From Lama guanicoe (taxonomy: Eukaryota): DNA of 64,000 nucleotides. The stretch covers positions 682,001 through 746,000 of the forward strand of contig MU054391.1 of assembly GCA_013239625.1 (NCBI GenBank), read 5' to 3'. This document shows positions 50,807-64,000 of this stretch, one piece after another (the first letter of the stretch is position 1; each line of letters opens with the position of its first letter). Both the position numbers and the translations under genes were made by a program. The notes beneath the pieces are model-generated. The model was not told where the DNA came from. It made no database searches and saw only the letters and a program-made list of their open reading frames with translations.

Positions 50807-52307
50807 CTATGGTGGACTTTAATTTCTCGCCATTGCTCTAAATTCCTAAAATGAGGGTAGCATTTCGGTGGGCAAACTCAAAACTCGTTTTTTAGATTCC
50901 TGCAGCTGCACTGACCGGAGGGACAGGTTAAGTGGTCTGGCAACCAGCAACCACTCACCCGGGTTCCACACACGGTACTTTCTGCCACCGGAGGGCAGGG
51001 CGTAAGCACTTCACCCAAAGATACCTCAGACGGGGCTCCTCAGGCCCCTGGCGAGTGCTCTACACGCGTGCGCCAGCCCCAGGCAAGGGGAGGCCAGCTT
51101 AGACTCGCGCTGCCACTTCAAAGGACCCTCACGCACTTTCCTCTCTACAGGAAGCGGGTGCTCTGGCTAAGCGGGGCCCCTGGCAGTAACCTAGGCATTC
51201 CTGTAGGTGGCGGTGTTCAGCAAAAGTGCTTTGAGAGCCCGACTTTGCACCCGTGTGACCCTCGTAGGATAGAAACGTTGCTGTTGCTTTATGAGGGCTT
51301 AACTTCCATTAAAATAAATTCAGAGATTCAACTACCATGCCGTATTTGGTAGTGACGACTTAACACTGCAGGAGAGGCAAAAATACTTTAGGAATTCAGC
51401 TTGCCACTCAGATCCTGTTCTCCTCTAAGGCGCCTGGATACTGAAGTCACTTTGAAAGATAAAGGTAACAGTCTTTGGAAGCAATGGCCTCATAAGCAGG
51501 TGCCTTCCCTGCCAGTTCCCACAAACGGCCAGCGCCCCCCGTTTCCCCACCTCCCCGTTTCTGTAGCTGTTGTGGCTTTGATGGGGTCTCTGCTGTGTTC
51601 AAAAAGAATTTCCACTTTCAGGGAATAAAGAAGACGTCATAATCTGCAGACTCGAACACTGGACAAAAAGTCAAATAATGAACATTTTTTCCCATTTCTT
51701 TTCTTAGCCTACAGGCTATTATAACTATTTTGATAATCTGGATTTGAAAGTTGTAACTACTTCAAAAACATGTTCTTGGCACAGATGCTTTGGTCGTATT
51801 ATAGGCAGCAAAGGTGTAGGTGACTGTGCTAAAAAGATCTACCCCAGGCTGGAGGATCCTCTCCTGAATACTTCACGTTTCTTAGAGAACAGACCCTGTC
51901 CTTAGCTTCAGAGAGCCAGCGGATTTATAGCACAGAGGGGACCATTTAAGTATTCAAGACCCTCATAATCATTTTCTATCTGCAAGAAAAATTCCACATC
52001 GTGTCAATACGTCAGCCGTGGAAAAATGAAACTGGTAGCTGCTTACACATGTTTTTAGAGATACCGTTTGTAATAAACACACTTGGTAAGAAAGAAAATT
52101 CATTATTTGGAAGAGTCCGTGGTTTGGTTTCACTCCAATCAATGCTCGTCACAAATCTCTCCTGGGTGGACCAGAAGCCCTAGGCAGCTAAAGGCCGTGT
52201 TTAAAGAGAAGACACGTTCTGTTAGGGTACATGCCAACACTATTTCCCTCAGCTGATGCCAGCTTCGCATGCTGCATGGACAGAGCGGGGCAACGAAAAG
52301 GACATAC

Positions 52308-52544
52308 AGTAATCTCTTTGGACTCGTCCTCATCCACCCTCCGGGGTTTCATTTTGGTGTAGTCTACGGGCAAGTCCCAGCAGTCCCCCTCGCCCAGCTG
52401 GAAGCACCGGCTGTCCATCGCCGCCTGCCGCTGGGGGGACATGGGCTCCAGGGGCGTGAGGATGGGGCAGCAGCCCTCCCGCGGCCGCTGCTTGTTCATG
52501 CTCAGGTCCAGGGTTCCGTTCTCATCCACCTCCATGTCGGGGTT
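52308..52544 (-). CDS. MYT1L: MYT1L coding exon (about human exon 16), 237 nt: [21 protein letters not shown]...[24 protein letters not shown]
   Basis: Acceptor ccgcag|AAC, donor ACT|gtatgt; 79 codons, phase 0-0. Confidence 0.96.
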
Positions 52545-54052
52545 CTGCGGACAGAGGACACAGTCAGCCTGCGAGTCCACCCCCCCGGGCCGCAGCCCTG
52601 CCCTCCGCCCGGACAGAATCCAGACTCGAGACCCCTCCCTGCAGCGTCATCTGCAGGAGCTCCCAGGAGAGCGGGGCCCGTGGCGGTCCCTGCACGCAGC
52701 CGCTCTCCCACCTTGTTGTGCTGCCGGCCGGCAGTTGCGCGGGTCCACCCCTTCACTTACCTGTCATCACCAGTCCCTCTCTCTCACCTACCTGTGCATC
52801 ATCCCTCACTGACTACCATGGATCGGTATCTTCTCTTTTTCCTCATGCAGCTCTGCTCTTAGAAACAAGCTGACCACGAGGAAACCCCAGTGCCTAATTT
52901 CAATTCTGTTCCAGCTCAAATATATCTTAAGAGATCAGCAATGTATGTGTGCATATGTGTATGGATTGTGCGTACTTAAAACGTATGGACTTCAAATTCT
53001 CCTGTGGTTTTGCTGATGCTAATACATCAAGACTCGGAGGGGAGGAGAACACAAGAATCCCATGGGATGGAGGGAGGAGAGGGACCAGAATTTACTTCCC
53101 AAGACAAAATCCTATGACGAAGAAAATCTCTCATGTCAAGCCAGGTGAGGTACAATCCCAGTCCAGAACACCCCTGTGGCAGTGACCACAGGCTCACCTA
53201 CTCCAGCTTCCAGCAAACCTGCAGTTTAGTCAACCAGCATTTAAAAGACCGAAGAGGTGCAGGGCGAGGGTTTTTTTTTTTTTAATGCTGCTTTAAACAG
53301 ATGAAGAATTCTTCAGTGCCTGCCTCTCAGGAGGAGGGAGACAAGGAAGGACACAGGGAGGGCAGAATTAGAAAAACCAAAATACCCTGACAAGCCTCAG
53401 TTTCAAGCAGAGAATTACACTCCCCTGAGCATAAATTTGATTCCAGAGCTGGCATGAAAGCCGCTGCCTACTCGGATACCTGGCAGCTCCTTCCTCTGAA
53501 TGTAGCAGCAGAGGGAAGACGCTTGGAATGAAAGCCCCATCTTGGGCTGTTACCTTGATAAATTACAGCGTATTATTCCGCCTGAACTCTTCTTGTCAAA
53601 GTGCACCCCTGGTTTCAAGCTTTCAGGCTAATTTAGCCTTCACATTGATGATAATTCTCCCGGTCTTAGCTCAAATTTAATAAAGTGAAAAAAACTGGAA
53701 GGGGTTACTGTCTCTTTCCCCTTGCCACAGGATCTCCTCCGTGCTAGCCTTGCATTTTAGCTGCCCTGATTACCATGGAAACTGCATGCCCCTGCCACGT
53801 CTCCAAAATCTAGGAATAAAAATATAAATAGGACCGAAAGCATTGGCAAAACGTAAAATTACTGACCTTTCTCCATTCATACAAATTACACTTATTTGTA
53901 ACAACTACGGTCAGTGTTGGGAGCTCGGGTGCACGCCGAGCAGCGCTCGGCAATGGGGAGAGACCCTTTGTTCAGGAGAGGAGGCGCCCGGCCAGCCTGC
54001 CGCTCACTGTCCTGTCCCCAGAGAGCACAGTGCGCTCGCGCCGCCGCATCTC

Positions 54053-54066
54053 CGGCCACCTAGCGG
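54053..54066 (-). promoter_or_regulatory. CTCF-like motif in the CpG island downstream of the gapped exon
   Basis: Minus strand CCGCTAGGTGGCCG. Confidence 0.4.
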
Positions 54067-54624
54067 CCGCCCTCGCCAGGCAGCTCCGAGCTCTGCGGGG
54101 CTAACAACGCTCTGCCCTGCGCTCAGCACCAGCAAGGGGCCGCGCACACGGACGTCAAAGGCACAGAACCGCCAGAAGCACTGCACAGCGCTTGAGCCTC
54201 TCTGGCGCTCTGCGTGATGAACGCCGGCCGTAACCGCATGACTGCGAGCCCGCGCGGAAGCGGCGCCTTTTCGCTCCCTTTGTTCCCGGCTCTGGGCGTG
54301 CGGCACACCCTGCGTTCCGCTTGACCGCGGCGGGTCAAGTTCAGGGCACACCGCTGCTCGAGCTCCCTAGTCTCTGCGCAGCCACCTGACAGGCCAGGAG
54401 GCAAGCGTGGGGTCCTCAGTTTCCAGAAGTGACTCTGGGTCCCGGGGAGGGGGTCCTAAATGGGCACGTCCTCCTAAAAGACCTGACGATTTCTGACCTA
54501 GAGACAGTCCCTGGGACCACGAGCGGAGCCGCGCTGACGTTCAGCTGGGAAGAGCCGGGTGGGCGGATGGACGGTCGGCGCGGGGCGCCCGAGGCAGGCG
54601 GCGCTGCGGGCGGGGCGGCACCAC

Positions 54625-54833
54625 AGGCATCTCGCGGCAGCGCGTGGACAGGTTGAGGATGGCCGTNNNNNNNNNNNNNNNNNNNNNNNNNNNNNNNNNN
54701 NNNNNNNNNNNNNNNNNNNNNNNNNNNNNNNNNNNNNNNNNNNNNNNNNNNNNNNNNNNNNNNNNNNNNNNNNNNNNNNNNNNNNNNNNNNNNNNNNNNN
54801 NNNNNNNNNNNNNNNNNNNNCAGTAGCGCTTCG
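54625..54833 (-). CDS. MYT1L: MYT1L coding exon (about human exon 15), interrupted by an N gap: AKRYC-[gap]-TAILNLSTRCREMP; 3' boundary uncertain
   Basis: Acceptor tccccag|CGAAGCGCTACTG at 54833; TAILNLSTRCREMP resumes in frame after the 154-N gap; the expected QNLSTKP... tail and a strong donor are not present. Confidence 0.8.
54667..54820. other. Assembly gap (154 N) inside a MYT1L coding exon
   Basis: Run of N between the KRYC and TAILNLS codons. Confidence 1.
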
Positions 54834-57800
54834 CTGGGGAGACAGGGGACAGGGAGGACTCGGGGCCCCGGCCCAGGCCCGCAGCAGCAGACCCGCCCTG
54901 TGCGTCCACACCTGTGCGACGGTGCCAAGGGGGACAGGGCGCCACCCAGAGCTCGGTCCTAGAGGAAAAAGCCTGCCTTCCCCCCTTTCCCTTTTTCACT
55001 TGTGTCTTTTTGGATGGGCAGAGCCGGGACTGGCGGGAAGAGCGCACCGTGTCTCCAGCAGGGTGCAGGGCACATTACGCAATCCATTAAAGGCACACTC
55101 CTGGTTGGGGCTGGGCCCCAGGATGTGGGGGGTAAGTGGCCGCACCAGCCTGGTCACCACGGCCCGGGGGAGGGTCCCATCATGACCGCTCATCTGCTCT
55201 CGGGTGAGCGGTATGAGGACCCTGCTGCCCACGCATTCCTCTGGAGGCTGGCTGCTCTCTGCAGCCAGGAGGCGGCACCATCCTGTGCAGGTGACCGAGC
55301 TGCACAGGTCCTGGGCCCCCTGGGGACCCATGAGCTCCTGCACTGTAGGAAGTGGCATTCTGGCAAGGGTAAAGGGCAGGCCATGGGACTGAAACTCCCC
55401 TTCCCTCTGTGATTCTAATAAACGGCCACCCGGGTGAAGGGGCACAGCCCAAGGGCACAGAACCGCACACACCTGTGAGCTCAGGAAAACCAAGACAAGT
55501 GTTAAGGCACTCATGGTGCGCAGACGTCTGCGTGGCCCACTGCCCCACCCCTTGTGTGGGAAGGGCTGTCCGCAGCACCAGCTTGGCTCTGCACAGCCAG
55601 GCTCCCTAACAGCCAGACAGGTACGAGGAGCCAAGTGTGGTCTCCAGAGCAGCTTAAAAACCCCCTTTAGCACCAGAGTGGGGACTGGTCCAGATGGGCA
55701 CAGCTCCTTAAAGGCACAGGGGGCACCTGGCCCAGAGGTTGGGGGCACACCTGTCCCTGCAGTGGGAGGAATCGCTCCCAGGGGAACCTCGAGGGTGTCT
55801 GGAGACCCCCCCACCGGGAGATGCCTCTCCCCAGAGCACCCTGTCCCCTCTGTCAGCATCTGCTTCCTGAAGGGAGCTCAGCCCCTTCCCCGTGACAGCT
55901 CGAGGCCGAGGGGGAGCCAGGGATAGGGGTGCTCGGGCGGGGTCCTCATGGCCTCACCCCACCTGGGTAACGCTGGGGGTGAGCCACCCGTTGCTGAAAG
56001 TGGGGGAGGGACCCTGCAGCCTGCTGCTGCTCTCCTGTCCCCACGTTGTCATTACCGTGCCTGCGACCTGGGCACCACCCTTAGGTGCCCTCCGACCAGA
56101 GGAAGTGAACACAGCCTCCAGCCCACGTGGTCAGTCATCACAGCACCACCAAGAACTACCCCAAGGCACCTTATTCGGATACAAGTGAAAGAAGACCTAA
56201 GCTTTCACCGCTGATACACTTTGACTTTGGCAGAAGACTGAGCTTCCCTGGCTCTGAGGATGTGGCTCAGCGGTGCTCCGAGTGCAAGGCGGCCCTGGGG
56301 AGGCTGCTGGCTCCCGGGCCTCGTTGCAGCTCCTTGCATGGACGGGGGTCAGTTCTACACCCTCAAACCCGCTGAGCACGAGGGTTAACTTACAAGGGAG
56401 TTACTTTCATTCTGCTAATCGGAGTTAGCTGGGCCCTGAGGACCCGTCCCCACACCTGTCCAGTGTCTGGCCTCCCCTCCTCTAAGCTCCTCTGTGAATG
56501 CACACTGTCAAAGCGGCAGATGGAGCAGTGGGCAGCAGTGGTCCGGGGTCTGAGCAGAGACGGCCACAGGGCAGGGAGAGCCCTCCAACAGGACCTGCCC
56601 AGCGGGTTTTGTAAACCAACTAAGGCTGCGATGCCACCTACAGCTCACGAGACTCCCCAGGTGGGCCAAAGTCTGTGGCTTTACATCGTTTACAATTTTG
56701 TTGTAAAGATAGGAATGTAAAAACTGGGGAAAATGAAACAATACTTATGAGGGATCTTTTTCCCTGGTAAGGACTAGCCACTGGTTCAGGAAGAGAAATG
56801 TGGTCCAAATAAGTAAGAAAAGTAAGTTTAGTTTTGAAATGAGGGCATTTCAATTTGTAAGAGAAAGGAAATAGGACGTGTACGTCTAAGTAACCGGTTG
56901 CAGCAAATTGGTAAAGGGCTCTGCTTTTCCAGATGTTCTGACCCAAAGACTCTGCTTCCTCTGGATTTTGCCGAGTTGATGGGACTTGTGCAGACTTCAT
57001 CAGGTGACAGAACTGCGGACAGTATACTGATGGGCCCGTCAGCTCGAGCGACCCAGGAGGAAAGCCAGGACCACATCCGTTTCACACACATCCTTTCACT
57101 GAAAGCAGTCAATCACGCCTTGTTTTGTTCCACGTGGAAATAAAGGTCTACACAGCTGAAAGGTGGATGCCCCCCACCCGCCTCCCCAGCACCAGGAGAG
57201 CCCCCCTTTATCAAAGTCAAAATGCACCTTTTCTCTTGGCAAACAGAGCTATTTTCAATCAAATCATTTTCCAATGACTCCTCAGACAAAATCTGCTAAT
57301 GTTCCTCCAGGAGCCAGCACATCCCTGAAATTTCAAGATAAAACTGCTTTTACCCTAGAGCGACTGTTTGATTTATAGTGTCAGATGTCCACCGGATCGT
57401 ACACCACATTGAGAAATACTTCTTCAAGTTCTCCACCCTCTCGTGTGGGAAAACGAACACTACATGGGATTCAAAGTGATGAAATGTGAGAAATTTGGAA
57501 CCTGAACCACCACCTTCCCCGCCTGCAGGAGTCTTACTAAGCGTGTCTCTCTCCCCCCTCAGGTGCTGACTCTCTCCTGCAGGGGGCAGGTAAGTGTGTC
57601 CTCCCCATCTGACTTCCACGCCCGCCAGACAACAAGGAAATCAGCCCAGAGGGCTGCTTCACGAGGGTTCGCCCCCCCCGGGTGGGACCCGCGCCTCGGG
57701 CCTGGTCCGTCATCCGTAGCGCTGGCTCCCGGGCTTGGCATGGGTTCACAGTGGTGCTCTCCCCAGGTAACCTGGAATCTGGACGCGGAGTCCTGAGTGG

Positions 57801-60800
57801 AAGGGACGGAGCTTCCTTGTGAGGAGGCCTGTTAGGTGACACTTGAACAGTTTGCTCGCAAGGCCTGACGTGTCCAGCGCAGGTCGGGCCTCTCGGTCGG
57901 CTCCCACCCACTCGCTTGCGGACGATTCTCGGCCCGGCCCTGTCTGCCTGGGCACCGGCCTGTGGGCCTGGGTCTGAAGCCAAGGCCTCTGACCCCAGGG
58001 GAGGCGGTCCAGGGGAAGGCGAGTGCGGAAGGGCCGAGGTGGGCCCAGAGCTGCGGGGCGGGGCCTGGGCACCCTGTTTTGCACAAACAGCCCTAGGAAG
58101 TTAGCCAGAGGCCTGAGAGCAGGTGGGCATCTGCCAGACAGAGCTGGCGGCGGAGAAGCTTCCAGAGGCAGAGCAGAGAGTGGGAGAGCCCAGGGGCAGG
58201 TCGAGGGCGCGTGCAGGGCGGGAGGCCCTGGTCCGGAGGCTCAGTGCTGGGTGCGGAGGGCCAGCGGGCGGCTGCGGGGGCAGGTCCGTGAGAGGCACCT
58301 GGGGGTGAGGCCTGGCCAGGGCGGGCGCAGAAGATGGGGCGGCGGGCACGTCAGAGTGAGGTGTTTGTGAAGCAAAGAGGGAGTTCAAAGATGGTCAAGA
58401 AGTTTTAAGCTCAGGATGATTTACAAGTTGGCAATAACCCAAAGGGAGGCTCCTGAGAGGCGCCACTTCGGGCTGGAACGTACGGGTTTTCAACAAACCT
58501 GGAGGATGGTGACAACTTGCCCGGAGACACAGCGGGGATGTTGCAGCCTGGGTGGGAAAGTCTCGGGCCCAGGTCCTGGCTGTGGTCCAGGCCTGGTGGG
58601 GAGGCCTCTGCCAGGACCTGGAGCGGGTGTGTGCCGGTGAGACCACATACGAACGCTGACGTTAGAATTCCACGTCGCTTTTACAGGTCACATAATCTTC
58701 TTTTTTCCCGACTATTTAAAACTGTAAGGGCTCACCCAAAACAACCGGCACCGGGGGAGGCAGGGGAGGGGCCGGCAGTGCTCACGGGTCTCTGCGTCCC
58801 TTCCCCACGGCAGGGGACACAGAGCCATTTCCTCACGTCTCCAGGTCCAGCCTCACCAGCCCACCGGCAGTTCCCACCAGCCTGTGGGGTTCCCGCCTTC
58901 CAGTGACTCCTCCTGAGCTTCGTGCCGCTCCTGTGAAGCTCGGGCAGCGTCCTCCGGGCAGCACGGGCGCCGTGGCTCACGGGGGTGGGTGCCCGCTTCA
59001 CTGTCCCCTATTTGCCGCAGTCCCTCCTTGCGGCCTGTTGCGAGGAGGGGAGCAGAGACCGACGATGCAGAGGGATGAGCGGGCAGATGGCTGGGCTGAC
59101 GGAGGGAAGGAGGGAGGTGGGGAGGGACAGACAGACATGTGGACAGAGAGACAGACAGACAGCAGCTGGGGAGTGTCTGGAGGAACGTGGTTGTTAAGTC
59201 GGTATCTGTTGAGTGTTTCTGATCCCAGCTGCTGGAATGCCAGGCGTGAGACCCAGCCACTTCTCTATCCTGTCCTGCATGTCCGGGCCCAGCCCCTCGC
59301 TCCTAGACGTTATGCACCCTGGCCCCCCCAGGAGGCCAACTGTACTGTCCTTCAGGAGCAGCGACCCAGTTCCTCGTGCACGGGGGGCAAGACCTGGGGA
59401 GCCCTCTGGGGGGTGAGAGCCAGTGCAGGTCATTCTGGGGTGACTGCTCCTGGTGCCCACACCCGGGGGTGGCTCCTGTCGGTTCACGTCCCCCAGGAAA
59501 CTGGCCCAGCCAACCTCATCCTTAGCGGGCACTTCCCTTGAGGTTTTAAAATCCGTCAGGTGGATCCAGCAGGAGAGAAACAGACTTGTCGTCTTCCTCT
59601 CGGCAAAGGCTGCTTTGCTTCTCCGTGGTCTCTGGATGCCCCAACGCCGAGGCTTCTGTCGCGTGTTCCTGTTTATCTGTGGGTCAGCTGGTACTTCTTC
59701 TGGGCAGGTGAGGGGATGCCCCTAACGGACGCCCCTTTGGACCAGCCCACCGTCTGCACACAGCCCCATGGGGCCGGCAGGGTGGACACCAGATCACCTC
59801 TGCTCTTGAGACTTGCACACAGGAGGCGTTCGCCCGCGTCCCACAGCTCCTCAGGGGAAGAGGCTGCGGCCAGTAAAACGTGCCCTGCCCCGCGCGACGT
59901 CACCCGGGGTCCCACCAGGCCCGCCGGTGAAGGGAGCCAGGAGGCGTGTGGACGTGAACTTCCGGTAGATTGCTCGTCCGGCGCTACCCAACGCCAGTGA
60001 CGGGACCCGTCAGCAGAGTTCTTAAGTCTGCATCCAGGCTCTCCCGGGCCTTCATTTGCAATCAGACGAATGAAGTTATGACAAATTATTATTGCAACAC
60101 CCCCAAATTATTAATTTCTGTTACACCCTAAACTGCCTCCTCTTTCCCACCTTTGTCTCTGTCCGATATTCTAAGGACTGACGTGCGCAAGGATGATCAA
60201 TACAAGGCGCATCAAAGCGACGTGACGCGTCCTCACTGCGCGGATTAACTGGCGTTAAGGTAAGACAGCTGAAACAACGCAGAAGGACGCGCAGCGACTC
60301 GTGCCAGTGGGCAGAAGGGCTAGGACGTCCCCAGACATTCAGTTTACGTGGGAGTTGCTGGTATGACGTGATTTTAAAAAATACCGTTTTCAGAGAGCAG
60401 CTCCAAGAGCATCAGAAACCTGTCTCCTGGCCTCTGCCGGAGACCCCCAGGCGAGACTCCTACCCCCACCATAACCCACGACCCTGTCGGTGACACGTGC
60501 CGACCGAGCCCCTGCCTCCTGGAAGTTAAAGCAGAAACGTGGTTAGATAAGCAAGGAACAGCGAAGGCACGCAGCCTTTCCGTCTGCGGTTCGACTACTT
60601 ACCGCGTCGGCCCCGCGGGGACCTGGGAGCTAGTCTGTCTCCGCTCACGCCGCGGCGGTGCGTTCAGGCACGCGTGAGTGAAAGTGAACTACCTTTCCTG
60701 CGAAGCACGGGGCCTGTGTCTGCTCCCCGGGGTCTGTTTTGTTGGTGGCCACGGTGGCAGCTGTGAGCACGGCAAAGGACCGAGCTACGCCGGGACAGTG

Positions 60801-60859
60801 GCACCCGGGGCTCCGCACCCGGGCCGCCCTGCCGGGAGGAGGCCGGCAGTCCCAGCAGA

Positions 60860-61020
60860 GGTGGCTGCCCAGAGAATCAGCGGTGGCCTTTTAAAAATGC
60901 CACACACAGCGAAGAGCTCCAGGGAGTCTGACTTCACTGGTCTGGGGTGCAGCCCTGGGTGCTGGCATTTTTCAAACCTCCCCAGATGAATGTAATGAGC
61001 GTCCCGGCTTGAGAACACGG
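60860..61020. mobile_element. MER5A-like hAT-Charlie remnant
   Basis: gagtctgacttcactggtctggggtgcagccc...ggcatttttcaaacctcccagatga...ggcttgagaacac. Confidence 0.7.
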
Positions 61021-61350
61021 GGAGGGGGACACGGAGCTGCTCAGAAGTCCTGAGCACTCCGGGCAGCTGCCACCGGCCCCGGCTTGGTCTGTGCTGGGGC
61101 GGCTCGTAAAGGAAGCCGGTGAAGACGAGAGCGCTGTCTTAGGGACAGCAGGAAGCAGACGAGCCCAGGGCTCTCTGTCTCCACGTCCCGCGAGCAGCCG
61201 GAGGTGCTGCTCGGGGAGCGCTGAGGGAAGGGCGCGCCTCCCTCCATGAGCCCTGTGCGCCCACACCGGTGCGACCCAGGGCCGCGGGCAACCGGCCCGG
61301 CCCGGGCGCGCGCCTCCTCGGTGCCCGGCAAGCGACCACATGCTGGATCA

Positions 61351-61674
<324 letters not shown>

Positions 61675-64000
61675 TTAACATGCGAGCATCTGCTCCTTGG
61701 CCGCGGGCGGAGCCGGAGCCTCTCACCAAAAGCAGCCTTTTCCGGAGGAAAGGCCACCCACGCTGCAGCTACGCAGCCCCGAGGGGGCGGCCAGGGCGCC
61801 AGCCTGGGAGATGCAAAAGCACAGGACGAAACACTCAGCTCTCCCCACTTTTCCCTTTCTGTTTTTAGAGCTCGGGCAGGTGAACACGGGAAAGAGCCTC
61901 ACCCCGGGCGTCTCCTCTGCGGCGGTTCAGAGCAAGAACCAGCCCCGGGAAGGGCGCGTGAGAACCGCCTTCCCAGCACGCGAGGAAATGAGACGGGCTC
62001 TCTAGGGCGCAGAGAGAGGAGGCCAGGCGGACACTTGTTTATCCAGCCGACAGCAGAATGGAACACACAGTGGTGTGTTTTGACAAATACTAACACGCAC
62101 TTCCAACATCTTTACCGGGTGGCCTTTCATTTTTCTAGACTTGAGATAGAACACTAAAATGGAAGAACTCTCAGTCAGACACTAACATTCTGTCTTGTTT
62201 TGTGTGTGTGTGTCCATCTGTACATGTACCTCAGAGGGGAGTTTCAAACTCTCTTTTGGGAAATGGTTTTCGACTTACAGGAGCAGGTGCGGAGGCTCCC
62301 TCAGTGTTTGCACCCAAATGCCCTTTTATGTTGACTCTGTTACTCAGTCAGCAGCACATTCGCTCTGGTTCCATCAACTTAGCCTATTTACTTCTCAAAT
62401 CAACCAAACTGCGAAAGGATCAGTCAGATGTCTGTGACGGGAGGCCCTCTGCAGGCAGTCCGGGGCCAGACACAGATGGAGCCCTGGGTCTCGCCTTCAG
62501 AGACCACAGGAAGGGGCGCTGCTCTGAGAACCCTTGGGAGGGAGGACCTCCGGCTCTGAGACTCGGCTCAGCTTTCCTGGAGGTGTGGGTGGTCAAGGTG
62601 AAGGTCCAGGTGGGCTAGGAAACAGGCCAGGAAAGCTGGACAACGGGCAGCGAGAAAGCTGAGCGCATCTTCAGGGTGCAGGGGCCTGGGGGTCTGGGAG
62701 CAGCTGGGAGTCTTTCCGTTGGCTCAGCAGGCAAGGCCAGAGGGTTTGGCCCCGAAAGTCGGAGTCCCTAAACCTCCAGAAGACTGGGAGTGGCTTGGGG
62801 CAGAGGGGGCAGCGCTGGCGCAGGGACAGCGGGGAAGGAACGCCTGCGGGCAAAGCGGAGGTGGTGACGAAGGCCCATGAGTGGGGGGCCGCAGAGGAGA
62901 CAGGACACAGGACAGGACTGCTGCCCTCACCTGAGTCTTAGGTTCCCGTTACACAATCTACCCAAAGGCGTCAAATCTTCACTGAATACACGTAGGTTTA
63001 AATTACTCTTTTCTTCCCTTCCTTCCCGCTTTTCCGTCTCACCCCTGGAACAAGTTTCCCCTGCGTGGAGACACGGCGGGGACCGTGCCTGGGGCGAGCG
63101 CTCAGGGCTGCAGGCTTGGGCTGGCCCCGGTGCCGTCCCTTCAGGTGGGGAGGGTCCTCCTTTCCTGCTGGTCGTCCCAGCCCGAGGCACGTGCAGAGAG
63201 CTGTTTGCAGATGCAGCTGTGGGTCCCAGGCTCCTGTTCTGCTGTCACTTGACTAGTTCCCCGTTGCATCAAGTGAAGAGAGGGGCCCCAGGCTGCAGAG
63301 CCACAGAAGCAGCGAACAGTCTGGACCAGGCGGGAGCTTCCGTCTGAACAAGCGAGGCTCGCGGTTTCGGACGAGGCTTGTCCATCTCAAGCAGCCGATG
63401 GAGCTTCTCAGTGGGAGCAGGCTTGGTACCGACCCCAGGAAGGGAGCAGGGACCCCGCGGCCTTTAAGAAGGATGTGGGCACTCAGCTCTTCGCGGCTCC
63501 CAGGGGTCTGGCCCAAGTAGGTCAGGGGAGTTACCGGGAGCCCTCAGCCTCAGTCTCCCTCCCCTTTCTCACAAGTCCCCTTGGACAGTAAACGCTCCTT
63601 CTCAGACGCACAGAGCCCAGGGCTTCAGGGGGAAGCCATCCCATGCCCCAGAACCAGGAGCGGGCTGAGGGGGGCCCGTGGGGCCCCACTGTTACTGATG
63701 CCAGCTCTCCTGCAAGGTGGGTGACCCTCAGGCACGCTGGGGCGTGCTGGGCTGGTAACGCCCACACGCAGGAATCGCCAGAAGAATGCACACACCAGCG
63801 CGTACGGCGGGCTTCTCTCTAAGCGGTGGGATCATGGGCGGTGTTTATTTTCTTGTTTTTGTCTAGTTAAATATTTCTCACTTTCTAGAAAGATTGTAAC
63901 TTTTCTATTGAGAGGGGAACGAAAGTGTAATGACGGTGGTGACGTCCTTCCCGAAAGACGGGAAATAACGACAAAACCAGAGAGGTTTTCAGCCATTTGC

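Noticed and set aside
50959-50981. Possible 23-nt exon (ggtggcag|...|gtgagt)
   Set aside because: Frame-shifting, weak acceptor and no supporting regulatory motifs; such pseudo-exons are frequent
58123-58308. Peptide ELAAEKLPEAEQ resembling MYT1L IAAAEKLAKAQEK
   Set aside because: Wrong strand, wrong position in the exon order and no splice sites; chance similarity

Overview
Mammalian genomic DNA, very GC- and CpG-rich. No Alu or rodent B-SINE is visible, and a young L1 3' end resembles those of camelids/cetartiodactyls. The whole window lies inside MYT1L (C2HC zinc-finger neuronal transcription factor) on the minus strand. Eight canonical coding exons, equivalent to about human exons 14-21, were placed from peptide identity, splice sites and consistent phases; the gene start and end lie outside the window. 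The main result is a candidate splicing system that rewires the C-terminal zinc-finger cluster. (1) A 63-nt cassette exon (50078-50140) supplies the missing half of an extra C2HC finger and carries a Gly>Arg change. (2) A candidate in-frame 21-nt neural microexon (25897-25917) has a perfect donor, an upstream UGC and five downstream RBFOX UGCAUG sites. (3) Two candidate poison exons lie at 10609-10678 and 52761-52857. The exon at ~54625-54833 is broken by an N gap and lacks its expected 3' end and donor. The rest is intron, with CpG islands, CTCF-like motifs, short tandem duplications, degenerate microsatellites and old MIR/L2/L1/MER remnants. Comparisons with human, MYT1 and ST18 sequences are from memory and need confirming by alignment.
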